Shown here: positions 1 through 13,197 of the stretch, piece by piece
Numbering within the stretch: position 1 is the first letter of the stretch
Layout of the letters: the number at the start of each line of letters is the position of its first letter
Assembly (NCBI RefSeq): GCF_009914755.1
Contig: NC_060935.1
DNA: 64,000 nucleotides
Reading direction: 5' to 3' (one strand)
DNA from: the human T2T-CHM13v2.0 reference genome, Homo sapiens
Made by a program: the position numbers and the translations under genes
Notes under the pieces: model-generated
What the model saw: the letters and a program-made list of their open reading frames with translations, nothing else
The model's database searches: none
What the model was told of the DNA's origin: nothing

Positions 1-768
1 AGGCTGGGGAAAGATAGCCTGTGTCTTTCATGTCAGCAAGCCAGGGGCTGCGCACTAAGCTCCTACCATAAATCAGAATATCTTTTATTTCCCTTTTGCT
101 ATCCCCAGGCTTTAGCGAAGTTTACCCACGTTTTCTAGCTTTGTCCTAAGAGTGCTAAGGGGCATTAGGGACAAGGCCTGGACTTGATGCTTTGGCTGTA
201 ACACTAGAGAGGGAAGGGGATCAGTCTAATGATAGCTATGGTGCCTTCTGAGATGTCCCTAAGGGAAAGGTGACAGAGAACAGAAATTGGGGTTATTATC
301 TATAGAACACATCCTCCCTTGACAACTTTAAAGATGACAGGTCTCACTGTGGCTGTCTGTACAGATGTTACCTAGCTTTGTGCCTTGGTGAGGCTTTTAA
401 ATTCTGTCACTGGGTGTATGGCCTCAGAGTATCTACAGAGATCACAGGTTCATAACTAGCCCCTCTTAGGTTCAGAGATGTGTCAGCCACTTCTAGCTTT
501 TGAGACTTCTAGCATGATCGTGGTTTAAAAACTGTTTTGCAGACATGAAACAGGACACAGAGAAAAGCTGAATGCTCTTCTAGCTTCTTATGAACACATC
601 CATTATTGAAGTGAATCTGGCTTTGTGTACAGTTGTCACCATTAATATTAAACCAGGTGAGACTGTGCAAATGTTGAAAATTGCATAATTGTCAAAATTT
701 GAGGTCCACACGTCTTGCAGCCTCAGTCAATGTCTTCTTATACCATGTCTGAGAGTCTTTGTTCACTA

Positions 769-789
769 CCCAGCACCAAGGACAGCTTT
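769..789 (+). promoter_or_regulatory. Candidate RE1/NRSE (REST binding site) ~0.7 kb downstream of the distal DLG2 poly(A) signal
   Basis: cccagcaccaaggacagcttt: both RE1 half-sites (CAGCACC at 771-777, GGACAG at 780-785) are perfect with the canonical 2-nt spacer. The flanking bases deviate from the TTCAGCACCACGGACAGCGCC consensus. Confidence 0.6.
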
Positions 790-1530
790 AGGACACCTGG
801 CAGATTCCTGATGGCCAGGATGGTATGAACAACTAGTCTGGCTTCCCAAATGGCTGATTCAGTTATATGGTAGTTTATCATGAAACAAAGCATAATCCAA
901 AGCAATTGCTTTGATGCAAAATTTCACCTCTTTCATGAGTAGAATTTGTTTTGGTTCTCTAGCTGTGAAACCTGGCTAAATGTCAATATGACAAGGCATG
1001 TATTTAACCTGAAGTGAAAAATTTAGAACATTATCTGGCAGATCCAGATTCCCAAACCCAACATTTTTGATATGGTCAAATCTTTGGAGCTCCAGGGTGT
1101 ATAAGACAATGATACCTCCTCCCCAGTTTATGCCTTTCTTTGCATAATGTTTCAGATAAGAAAAAAATCATTTTTCTGTATCCTTAATATCTTCTGGAAT
1201 CCCACAGTTTGACACTGGGAAATTGATTTTTCCCCTCACATAGCTGTGAGCATCTTTAAAAATCTATCTTTTAATACATTGTTCACTTTTGGAAAAATCC
1301 CGATTGAAAGCAGGCAAGATGGTAACCAAATATTTAAGAATATGCAAAAACAGCACTTTCACTTCCTCTCAGCAGTGCCAATACTTCTCAGGGCATACCC
1401 ACCCTAATTGCATTTTAGCTCTGGAATCAGAGACAAAATTGATAAAAATAGACATGAGTGATTCTATTCCTTATGAAATAAGACAAATTATGCTTTGGGA
1501 GAAAATCATTTGCCATAAAGTATAAAATGT

Positions 1531-1536
1531 TTTAAT
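1531..1536 (-). terminator. DLG2: Distal polyadenylation signal ATTAAA
   Basis: + strand tttaat = ATTAAA on the minus strand, in an AU-rich context. A CPE-like TTTTAT (+ ataaaa, 1551-1556) lies 15 nt upstream in the transcript. Confidence 0.6.
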
Positions 1537-1691
1537 ATTTATATCTTATAATAAAACCATGACATGTTTATAAACACTCTATCAGGCATTTTTACAATGG
1601 GGCCACCCACCGCTGACAACTAGAAACGCAATAAATATGCACAGACACACTGAGTATGAAATATACATCTTGATTTTATAATCGTGTGTGC

Positions 1692-1697
1692 TTTATT
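1692..1697 (-). terminator. DLG2: Polyadenylation signal AATAAA (tandem site ~160 nt upstream of the distal one)
   Basis: + strand tttatt. A minus-strand UGUA (+ taca, 1701-1704) lies just upstream, and GU-containing sequence (GTGTGTCTGTG) lies downstream. Confidence 0.6.
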
Positions 1698-4600
1698 TTT
1701 TACACAAATGGAATGGAAGTGTTGAATATTTACACTTAACAGGAGTGTAAGCTGTGCAGTGTCTCTGTAAACTCCAGCCTAGGCAAGGAGTATTCCCACC
1801 TCCCTCCCATCCTGTGCTACAGCTCGGTGGAGAAACATCCTGTCAGAGAGAAGCACAAAACTGTCATATTGAAAGGATCTAACGGGTACAGCCTGGTGCA
1901 CTCAGAAGTTAAGAAACACTTAGGAAACACAAACTCAAAAAGGAGAGAAGAAAAGTCTGCCATCCCATTGGGAGTCAACCTTGCCACTTGGTTGTCTGTC
2001 CTCATGAGTTGCTAGGGAGATACTATACTCTTTAGATGATCTTTGTCTAAATTGTCCGCCTGTCTTAGCTTTGTCCTCAGCTGTTACAAGAAACTGCACA
2101 GCTGTACAAGAAATGATTTCCAAAGCACAGGTTTCAGTGAGGAAGGATATTTACAGACTTGAGTGTGTGTGTGTGTTTCCAACCACAGTCATTCATACTC
2201 AATGTAACGTGTGTACATGGTATACATACCATATATACCATACATACACAGAAGTAAAATGTATATCACAGAATTCTGTAGGGAGTCCCCTGGCAAGTCA
2301 GCTGTCACAGGAGGTACTCCACATGCTTCAAGGGAATTGATCTTTTTCCCTCTAGGAGTAACAAATTAATGTGATCAACTTAGGAATTAGCCTGAGTCCT
2401 TGGCTTAAATATATTTGTAGGAATTTAGGCAGGACCAAGACAGGAAAGAAGAGATTTCATTTCACCAGCAAGTCCATTCAGTCTCACCAGAGCAATCACC
2501 AGCTGAAAAGCAGAGGGGGCTTCACATAAAAATGGGAAAAAGAAAGCTTATGAATGGGAAAAAAATGTCTCTCTCCAAACCAAGGTGATGGCATGGCTTC
2601 AATGAGGAGGAAGAGGTTTGCTATCAGAATAATTGGGGCCAGAGTCTGCCTTTATTGAAAGAAAATGTCCTCAGAGCCATGCGGTAGTGCTGGGAGTGGG
2701 CTCGCTTAGGAGCAGTGTTCAGGCAGAGGCACTCAGGCGCCGGCAGGGCCCACAGCACATGCATCATCGCTGCCAGGGCAACGGTGCAGGCTGGCTCCGG
2801 GAGGCGGGCTGGAGCAGGCTCCAGGTCAGGGCCTCACGCTCAGCTTTACTTTCTGGGCTGAGTAGGTGAAACGGCGACCTAAAGTATTTGTGTCATTAGT
2901 CCAGTGCATGGACTTGCTGTCTGAATCAGCCATGAGCCCTTTAGAGGACAGAAAAATCAATACAGGGATGTACGGGAGAAGATGATCAGAGATTTGAGGA
3001 GAGGAGAAAGGACAGAAGAGGAATAAGAAGGGCAGAGAAACAGAGACTAAAGGAGAGGTGGACAAAAAGAGAAAGGGAATAGAGAAGGATTATAGGAGAA
3101 AGTCAACAACTCAGAGATGGTGGGAAGGAGGAATAGGAAAAGGAGAGGAACAAAAAAAAAAAAGAGATGGAATTAGTCGGAAGTAGAAGGAGGAGGAGAG
3201 TAAGGAAAAGAATGAGAAAAAAAGTAGAGTCTCGAGCCAGAGGTTGGAGAGTTCTTTCCTGGCTCGGAGTCCTGAAGGGCCGGCAGTAGGATCTAAGACA
3301 GCGCACAGAGGCACCCGAGTGCAGCTTTGTGAAGACAGGCTCTTTAAGCAGACAGAGCCAACCCAAGAATTTGGGGCTGGGAAAAAAGGCCTGCAAATAA
3401 ATAGCCAAGAAATCCCGCAAAAGGCCTGCAAATAAATGGCCGACAATTCTGTGGGAGGAGAGCAAAAAACAAATGCCTCTGCACTTAGCTGACAAATGGA
3501 ATTTTGATTTTGGTAAAGCTGAGACCCCCGTGGTGCTACACATTGTACCAGAGCATGAAAAATAGCACCAGTTACACGATCTGGCACTTTTCTGAAAGGG
3601 CCCAGCATGTGTGAAGGTGACATTGCACCCCCAGCAAGCCTTCAGGTTGGAGAGAGCTCTGGACAAAGTTTGCAGTGTTAGCACCAGTCTGGCCCCAGGC
3701 TCCGAGTGCATTTGCACCAGATGTAATCTGGGTAACTTTCATGCCATTTCCATACAAGTCATCAGATTTGCTGCAAAATACACCAGTTCATTGGAGCCAT
3801 AGAGACATCAACATTGGGAAGTGCAAGACAACACAACAAATGGAGGTGTAAATTCTATTGGAAAAGACCCTCTCACCAATTTGCTTGGTGATTCTTCAAG
3901 CAAATATATATGTATCTATATATTTATATAAATCTACATAAAAAAATCAGTGCAAATGCCAATTCTAATCTGAAAGCATCTACACTAGGAAAATAAATAG
4001 TTATATTACTACAAAACCAAGGGTTGGTGGTTCAATTTGATTGTACTTAGCCACAGCAACACTAGTAAATGGAAAGCACATCACACGACCCGCGAAAACA
4101 TCTACTCATTAATGACAGTCTTTTAAATAAATGGTTGCATGCTCAGTTGAGAAACCAAAGAAGTTATCGTGGTGGCCTAAAAATAGAGCTGGGATCAGGA
4201 ATGGCATTCTGGTGTCAGAAAACTTCTGGGAGCAATATTGATGAAAGTAGGCCTTGACCTGAAACTGGCGAATTGCAGACATGGACATATCTTTAACATT
4301 TTGAGCAATCTAAGGAAGTCTCTGGAAATTTAACTTTCATGAGAGGGAGAATGCATTGCTAGCCCTTCCATTGGCAAAGGAAGCCTCAGGACTATGGGAA
4401 GATGCATAATTTTGCATTTCTGTTTTGTTTTGGTGACTGTAGCCAGGCAGACAATGATGTTTAGCGTAAGATGAACAATGCCTGTTTTTGGAAAGAGACT
4501 CTCATTCTAAGCTCCGATGTTCTTACTGTGAAGAAGCCCCATCACTCTGATGGCTCTATCTCTTGCTCTCCTACCCAGCCTACATGCTGGTTTGCTGCAC

Positions 4601-6315
4601 AGTGTGGCAGAATCCCTGCCAGGTCTGGATGTACCCCAGAAATAAGGCGATGGGGCTTAGTCTGGGCATGCACAGAACCCAGAGTAGAGTGGTTATTATC
4701 ACTGAAAAGTCTCTCCCCAAACACCATGGGCAAAAGCAATGCTGATGTCGCCATCCACTCTAAAGTGGGAAACCAACTCTTCTAGTTCAGTTTATAGGCT
4801 TTGGGAGGTTTCTTTTTTTAAATCATCGTTATTATAATTGTTAAAAAATAAACTTGGTCCAGGTGCAGCTCCAAGAAAGGCAGTTCAGTTGGTTGAGCTC
4901 AAAGTCATTAATTGTCTTTCCTTGTGACTCTATCTCTTTGCTCTGTACATAGAAACAAAAAAGTCTGCACCCCCTCACCCCCAACCAGACACTTCTCTTC
5001 TCTCTCTTCCTCAAAGAAATAGTGCATCTAGGAACAGATCTCTCATTGGCTCTAGTACCATCTCTGGATGTTACAAAACTCTCAGTTACTCTGTAAAACA
5101 AAAAGGTACTAATCCTAATTACTCATTGTTGGCCAAAATGCTAAATGGTCCTTTAAGAATTGTATGTCAGTAACTAGGAACAAAGTTATTCAACTATTTG
5201 CATGGCAGGCTCAGGTTATTTAACTAGAGGAAAGCAAAAACTTCCCTTTAGATCATTTGCATAAGTTTGTCTCTGAAAAGCCATCAGCATAAAAAAATGC
5301 ATTAACCAAATGTCTTCCAAAAATATCCATGAGGGCAACTCATTAAGGGATGTGCTGCATGAGAGTGTATCACTAATGTGGAAGGGAGGTAAGTGAGGAA
5401 GAAGTCTTTGTCAGACTTAAAAGGAACTCAGATGCTCTTAACAGATCATTGGCAACAAAAGGGAGAGTGCAACTTTCAGGTCTTGAATTTGATCATCTGC
5501 TGATGTTGCATACATTTAGTCTTTCAATATTAGTCTTTACAAAATATTTCACAAAACTTTTTTAACCTATAGAAATTTGTTTCTATACATTTAATATATT
5601 TTTATTGTATAAATTATTCTCATCTTTAGTGCCTTCTTTCAGTTTATAAATGGCAAAATAGGCAATCAACAATCATAAAGCTAATCCCAGGTGGAATCCC
5701 CTCCTGTCAGTGAGGTTAGTCCTCCATACACTTGCAAATTTTATGAAATTCTTGTCTTTGCAGATGCCAGTCAAAAAACTACACACTTATCCTTCCCTGA
5801 TAGTATGTCGTCTCCAAAGGGATTCCTTTCTTTTTTCCTTCTTTCTTTCATTTGCTTGTTAAGAAATCAAAAGATGTGCATAGTTATAAAATTCAAAGTG
5901 TACCAATTACAGATGTGGGTAATGGGAAGGCTGATGAGGTTCGAGTGCTGGCAATTTTTCTTTAAAGCAAAAGACACAGAGAGCTCTGCAGCTAAATCAG
6001 CTCTGGACATCTGCTGGGGTGAGGAGGCTCTCATCTCATCTCTTGGGCAGAAAGCCCGTCAGAGGTTCATCCCTACACCTGGCACTTTGAGCAAACCAAA
6101 GCCTTCCTTCATACTGCAATGTCTTTTCTGTCCCACCCTTTGGCCCCTCTGTTTCCTTCATGGCTTCATACAGTTTGTGTTGTACATTCGTAAGAATTCA
6201 CATTGACTGCAAAAACATAAATGCAACAAAAACATAAAAGCCTCCAAGTAGTATGTTATATATATTTTGTTCTTCTAAATGCTCTTCTGTCGTTGTCAGA
6301 GGCGCAGTAGCTAAT

Positions 6316-6422
6316 TTATAACTTTTCCTTTGAGGGAATCCAGATGAAAGGCCCAGATTGCTCTTCAATAACAAGCTTGCATTGGTTATATATATCTTCT
6401 AAAGTATCTCCTTGGACAATAG
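6316..6422 (-). CDS. DLG2: DLG2 last coding exon: (A)[34 protein letters not shown]
   Basis: Acceptor tttgcttttgttacag|CT; 107 nt to TAA; phase matches the preceding exon (G+CT = Ala). The peptide is the PSD-93 C-terminus. Confidence 0.97.
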
Positions 6423-7497
6423 CTGTAACAAAAGCAAACACACCCAGAATTAGAAATAATTTCCTGGATGGTGAAGAACAATCATCACTTACACATTGGA
6501 GGCTCAAATCAGTAGCAGATGACTCATCAGGAAGCTTCATATCATTTTTCATTAGTAAGAAGAAGCAGAAAATTCATATAAGCAAAGTTACATTCATGAT
6601 TTTAAGAAATGCTTTCAATGGATATCCTGGATCAGTAACAAATGCTTCACAGTCTTTGCACTTTCTACATGTCTGTCTGTAGTACTGGACAATTTATCAC
6701 TCATCTATTTAACCAATATTTTATGGGTGCCTACTCTGAGCCAGGCACTGAGCTGGGCAATGATCAATTTTCAGACTGAGAGCTCCCTATTTAGAAAAGA
6801 AAACTGGCCTTACAGTCTGTATATTTACTTATTTTGGCAGCAGCAGAAATTCAGATATTGTAGACACCGAGGAAATAATGAAGATTTTAGAGGGAAGTTT
6901 AGTTAGCCTCCCAACCCTCAAAGCCCTTAATAGGAAAACCCATTAATTCCCCAAATCTCTGGTAACTTGAGATTTTTACCATACAGAGCTATTCATATTG
7001 AGAATACCATAAGTCCACTATTTATAAGAAACATAAACAGGAAGAAATATAAACAAACTGCTCAGTTGTGTATCTCCTAAAACACTAAGTCACTTGGAGT
7101 AGATTTAAGTACATTTTATTGTCTCATTTGAACAAAAGTTATCTTGTAGAAAGATTTCCAAAACACATCAGTATTATCCATATGACACTAGGTCTTAAAA
7201 ATAAATTACTACTGAAAGATGATTTAGATATTTAAAAACAATCCTCAGAATATATTATTGTATTGTATACAAAATATAAACCACTGTCAAAATGTACACT
7301 TTTGTTTCTCCTACCTGGATGTTCTTTTAGGATGAAACACAGCTCGTATCTTGGTTACTGACAGAAAGATTACTTAATATTACCTGATTCAAGATATTTA
7401 CAAACTGCTAAGGCACTGACACTTTCTATATTCTGAATAAGGTAAAAAATAAAACATCTAACTTCACATATGGTAATCCAGGAAGAAAGTTCTTGGG

Positions 7498-7793
<296 letters not shown>

Positions 7794-8491
7794 GAAAGTT
7801 CTTGTTTTTAAACCTCCGGGAACCAGGTGTAAGGCAAATTTCACAAAGTCTGATTACTCAGTGTTCTATGAAAGTATATAGGAATACAGAACTCAGAACT
7901 CAGGCTCTCCAGAAGAAAACCTCTATTCCCCTTCATGTTTCCAAGGAAACATTTAAAAAGAAAAAAAAAGCAGTTTTGGTTGAGACTTGACACAGTGAAC
8001 TGAAACATGAGGAAGTTTTAAGCATCTTGTTCAGGTGCTGCTGATAGGGACACTGATGAAAGCTCATGGAGCTGGGGACGGACGCCTCCAAGCTTCTTCT
8101 CAAGAGTAACTGCTTTGGACACTGACCATTTTGAGCCCTAAAATTTTGTTTTTCAAGTTTTCTGATGATATCAGGGAGATAGTTTAATGAGGTAGCAATG
8201 CCTCAAATCCTTTTCATGGTAGGAGATAGCTCAGGGGTATCTCCTGCCCATGGTTTTGGGTAGGGCTGGTGGGAACCTGGGAGCTGGCTGCAGCTGAACT
8301 CTCAGGAGAACCCAGGGTTTTACATCAAAATGGGTGAAGCAGAGGGATACTCCTTGTATATGAAACAGATATTAGGGATTCTCAACAGGAAGGTTTTAGG
8401 GCACAAGTACACCAGGCCCAGAACCCTCTCTGTGCCAAATGTCAGACAATTTATCCCCTTTCTCACACTACCAGGGTAAAAGTGAACTTAC

Positions 8492-8583
8492 CTGTAAAAT
8501 ATTCTCCAAATTCTTGTTCTAGCTTAATTGCTCGATCATAGGTTTTCTTGGCTTGTTCCTCTGTTAGACGCTTATTCATCTCC
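8492..8583 (-). CDS. DLG2: DLG2 GK-domain exon: (M)[30 protein letters not shown]
   Basis: Acceptor cattttcccag|G, donor G|gtaagt; 92 nt; phases consistent with both neighbours. Confidence 0.97.
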
Positions 8584-9054
8584 CTGGGAAAATGAGGGTT
8601 TGTATTAGAACATAAAGGGAATATTCCAAATCCTAAAAAATTAAAATGTATGGCAAAAATAAATCCTACAGAAAACATAGTGTAATCTTAGCAACAGGTT
8701 TTTAGTCTTCATTCAGGACTCCTCTGTGCTGGAATAATTTCAGCAACAAGGACTCACGGCCAGAAAGCTCATTCTCTCAAAGGGCAGTCTCTTGGTCCCA
8801 CATTGGATTGAAGCCAAATATGTCTCCTTATGATTTGTAGTCACTGGTCCCTGTTCTGCAGGGACCTAATATCCTCCATGGTAGGCCCTAGGATATTTAA
8901 GTAAAGTGCTTAAGTGTGTCTTGAGGCTTCTACTTCTTCAGAATAAACTGTCCTATTGCTTCATCTATCCCCTCATTGGATGTGATTTCTAAATCTGAAC
9001 TTTCCTGACCACCCTTTCTTGGAGTTTGTTCTAGTGTATCTCAGACTTTCTGAA

Positions 9055-9315
9055 ATGTGAGAGTAGAATGGTAGTTATCAGAGACTGGGAAGGGAAGGCA
9101 GGAGGGGAGATGAAGAGAAGCTGGTTAAGGGGTATAAAATGCAGTTATAGGAATATTTCAAAATAGCTAGAAGAGAAGAACTGTAATGTTCCCAAAACAT
9201 TTCTGGTGATGGATATTCCAGTTACCCTGATTTGATCATTACACATTGTATACAGGTATTAAAATATGACATATACTCCAAAAATTTGTACAACTATTAT
9301 ATATAAATTTTTTTT
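9055..9315 (+). mobile_element. Old L1 (L1MA/MB-like) 3' end fragment
   Basis: Typical L1M 3' UTR motifs (gagagtagaatggt...; ggtgatggatattccagttaccctgatttgatcattacacattgtata). Boundaries approximate. Confidence 0.7.
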
Positions 9316-9996
9316 AAAAGGCTCAAGGATAAATCAAGGTGGGAGAGAAATGAAAAATTCTTGAATTCTCTCTAAAACCTAATCTATTGATTCTTAACTA
9401 CTGGCAGCTTTATCTTTCCGGGTCTTCCAGGTGTTAAAAAAAAAATGTCCTGCCAAATGCAATTTGGTTGGCTGATCAGGATGCATCACAGGTGCATGTA
9501 GAATTTCTGAAATCATTACCGTCTTGCATGCTGCTTAGGAAGCCAGAGATTTGGGTCTGGAACATCTGGCCTTAGTCAATTCCTTTCGAGAGCAAGTAAC
9601 AGAGGCAAGAAGGGATGTGCTTAAGGCTGTGTATTTAACGAAGAGTAATCTGGGGTAAGAACTCAAGGTTTTGGTTTTTTAAACCAATTTTCAGTTAGAC
9701 TTCCTATTATACCAAGACTTGATATCTTTCAAAAGAGGCTATTTGGAAAAAAAAAAAACAATATATTGACATTAGACATTAATGGCTGAAATACAAAGTA
9801 GTGAGAATTTCCTGAACTCTTGTTGCTAAACTCATCTTGTCCTGAGGGGTGTTATGTATAATTTTTCTTCCAAACAGTCTCAGCTGTACATGCTGTGAAT
9901 GGATGTTACTCGTGGGTGGAGAAGATGCTGGGCTAAACCAAGGGACACTCTTCAGAGAAAGATAAATATTTGCTCCAGATGTCAAGAAATCATGTG

Positions 9997-10357
<361 letters not shown>

Positions 10358-12144
10358 TTACTGATTACAGCAATGACTTAGTTTAGGTTTTTATTCTCTG
10401 ACCTGTGAATTTATTTTGTCTCCTTGACTGATCAGTAATTCTTTGAGGGCGAAGACCATGGCTTGTTTGTCAGCATGTGGCATGGAGACTGATTCAACAT
10501 TTATTTGTTGAATGAATAGATGAGTAAATGAATGAATGAATGAACAAATGGGGAGCTAGATAAACATAATTATAAGATAGTTGAAGACAGAAGTAAACAC
10601 AGAGCATCATGGGAGCAGGAAGGTAAAAGCAGATTGGAAGTGGCAGGGTGAAGGGACATTGCCACATGGAAAGGGAACAGAAGTCAGATGGTGGCACAAT
10701 ATAAAAAGAACATCCCTTTCATACACATCTTTGATTTTATGCTCCTCTGAAGAGTCAGCTATGTATGTGCTAATAAGCTCTGTGATTTGATGTGGATGAT
10801 GCACTTGAGAAATAATGTGTGTGATGATGTATCAATGTGTAAATGTGACAGCTGTCATGCTTTTGTTCCGGCTGACCTAGCATTCACTACTCTCTGGGGA
10901 ATGGGCAATTCATGGCAGCTTTGCTCCTGGAGTAAAAGCCTTGGAAAAGAGTGAACTGTAAAGTAAACATCCAACCTTTAGTAGGTAGATTGCATTGGTC
11001 TGAATGTCACCATCACTGCACTTGAGACCCATGAATATGGCTGCAGCAAATTATGTCAGATTCACTGTCCTTATTGTGAAGTCCAGCCTTTAGTACATTT
11101 AACTTTCCTTGGTGATAAGTGGCTGTGACAGTGCCCTAAGGCATAACTAAAATAAGTCATCTCATAGTTGTGGAAGGCAGTAGACCTTCTCCTATGGAAT
11201 GCCAGATGGGACTGTCTCCTAATATTGCACCGGACCAAATGTGCCACTGCTGTCGTTCCCTCAGGCCTCATTCCCCTGGGAAGCCATTTATCCCACTGAG
11301 TGTTTACAATATGAAGATTTATTTTTCTATTTCTGAAACAGGCCTTTAAGATGGCTGTTCCCAGGAAGTAAGGACTATTTTTCTTCTCATTAATGTTAGC
11401 ATTACTTATATTTATGAGGCTCTTGACAGATTATAAATCAATTTTACATCATGAAATTTGTACTTGCTTAATTCACTTTGTGCAATGCCCGACATAGTAT
11501 CCTATACAAGGAGAAATTTAATACATGCTATTGGGGATGATAATATTAAGAATCATTATTTTATCATTAGTACATATTTTTCCATGTGCCAGCCATGGGA
11601 AAAACTCTTTATATTATAATTTAATACCTAAATTCATGGGGCTGAAGGTACTGTCAGTGACCTCCCGATCTTACTTTTTTTATCCTGGTAAGAATCCTTG
11701 TCCATTTTTTATATATGGGACTATATTCTGCTTTCAAGGTACATCTCTGGCTATTTCCCCAGAGCTCAACTATGTATTTAACTTAATTCTCTCAGGCTGC
11801 CACTCCAGCTGCTGCAGTTTGCTTTGCTTCTTTGTCTTCAGAGGAGACACAGAACAGTTAATATCCTCTGTAAGCAATTGCTTTCACCACTGGGATTAAA
11901 TAATTTCTGTTTCTTCGGTCCTTCCATAAACATTATTTTCCAGTACTCTGTGGTTCACTCCTGAACCCTGTCAAACACTATGGTCTTGAGGCCCAGATGA
12001 AGGCAAAATTTGATCAAGGCCCTCATGACAGACACATTGGCATTATCTCTTGCACTGTCATGGAAGAGGTACTGTTTATGTGTTTTATAATGATAAAATA
12101 GTTTTATTCCTTTATAATGAAGTAATTTTATATCTTTTACAATA

Positions 12145-12365
12145 ATAATAGGTATTATTTATTGAGTACTTACCATATGCCAAAGAGTACATGAACAGCT
12201 TTACTAAATTCCTAATCTTGTTATTTAACCTTTATACTAGCTCTATGAGGTATTTATTAGTATGCCTCGTTTCGAGGTGAGGAGCTAAATCTTAGAAAGG
12301 TCAAGCAATTTGCCCAAGGTTACTTAACTGATCAGTGGCAAAGTAAAGAACCAAATCTTGCCTGA
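12145..12365 (-). mobile_element. MIR SINE
   Basis: Reverse-complement MIR core (tttattgagtacttacc...aggtcaagcaatttgcccaaggt). Boundaries approximate. Confidence 0.65.
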
Positions 12366-13197
12366 TCAATTTTCAGGTCCCTGCTGGTAGCCCCTTTTCT
12401 GGTTACCTCTATCTACTGTAGCTTCACCTTTGTGAATGGGAGTTGCCTATACTGACTTTACAGTCAGATCGTGAATGTCTGCCCACTTTGTTTAATGATT
12501 CTTGAAAGAAGTTATTTCACAAGTCCTTTGGAGGGGAAAAAAAAAGAAAAAACCCTGAGTGCACAGGTATGAAGCTACTGGTTTAAGTTACAGATGTTTT
12601 ACTGCCACGCCACTAAGAAAACTCTATTAAGAACGATGTTCTATGTATGTAAAGTTTTAATTAAGGAACATCAGAATTCTATTAGAGAACCAAGGAAAAT
12701 GCCAATGAAAAAAGTCTCAAACGTTGTCTGCTCTCTCTATAAAAAATCTACACATTTAAAAAGATTTACTTATAGACCTGCCTCAGAAGTATGAGACAAT
12801 TAAAAAATGATTGCTTCCTATCATTTGGAAAACAAAAGCAAACCAAAAAACCAAATCAAGCCAAGCTATCCTCAAAACAACAACAACAAAACCTCAAAAA
12901 CTAACAAAGAAAACAATCCGTGAAGTAAAACAATAAAAATCAGGAAACATTATTGAAGATGTTTTAAGGAATTACTATTATTGTTAAAATGAGGGATGTT
13001 AAAAAAAGAAATCACTGACATTATGTTTCTAGTTGTTTAAAAGAACTTTGATATATCTTCAAAAAAAGAGAATGCTGAAAAATCAACAATGGCATTTCCC
13101 ATTTGTAAGCATTCCCAGCAAAATCCTGTTAGTAATTTTCAGTATAATACAGAACAGGGAGTCAGTTGGATGAAGGCCTCCAATGCCCTCTACTCAC

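Larger units (their letters stand above)
1510..6315 (-). other. DLG2: DLG2 3' UTR (~4.8 kb, part of the terminal exon); distal end approximate
   Basis: Follows the TAA stop at 6318-6316. No recognisable Alu or L1 insertions. Minus-strand poly(A) hexamers at 1692-1697 (AATAAA) and 1531-1536 (ATTAAA). End placed ~20 nt past the distal hexamer. Confidence 0.75.

Noticed and set aside
3103-3717. 204-aa and 170-aa minus-strand ORFs in the 3' UTR
   Set aside because: No recognisable domain. Their C-termini are Phe/Leu/Ser runs produced by the CU-rich tract, which lacks stop codons for compositional reasons.
5691-6682. + strand ORFs (171 aa, 112 aa) antisense to the DLG2 last exon
   Set aside because: No homology, promoter or splice evidence; one is simply the antisense shadow of the coding exon.
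11030-11050. + strand CATGAATATGGCTGCAGCAAA translates to HEYGCSK, matching my recollection of the DLG1 I4 insert (..EYGCSKG)
   Set aside because: It is antisense to DLG2, in the wrong intron (within the GK region) and has no flanking splice sites. Treated as coincidence. I found no I4-like exon in the expected interval 19268-26856.
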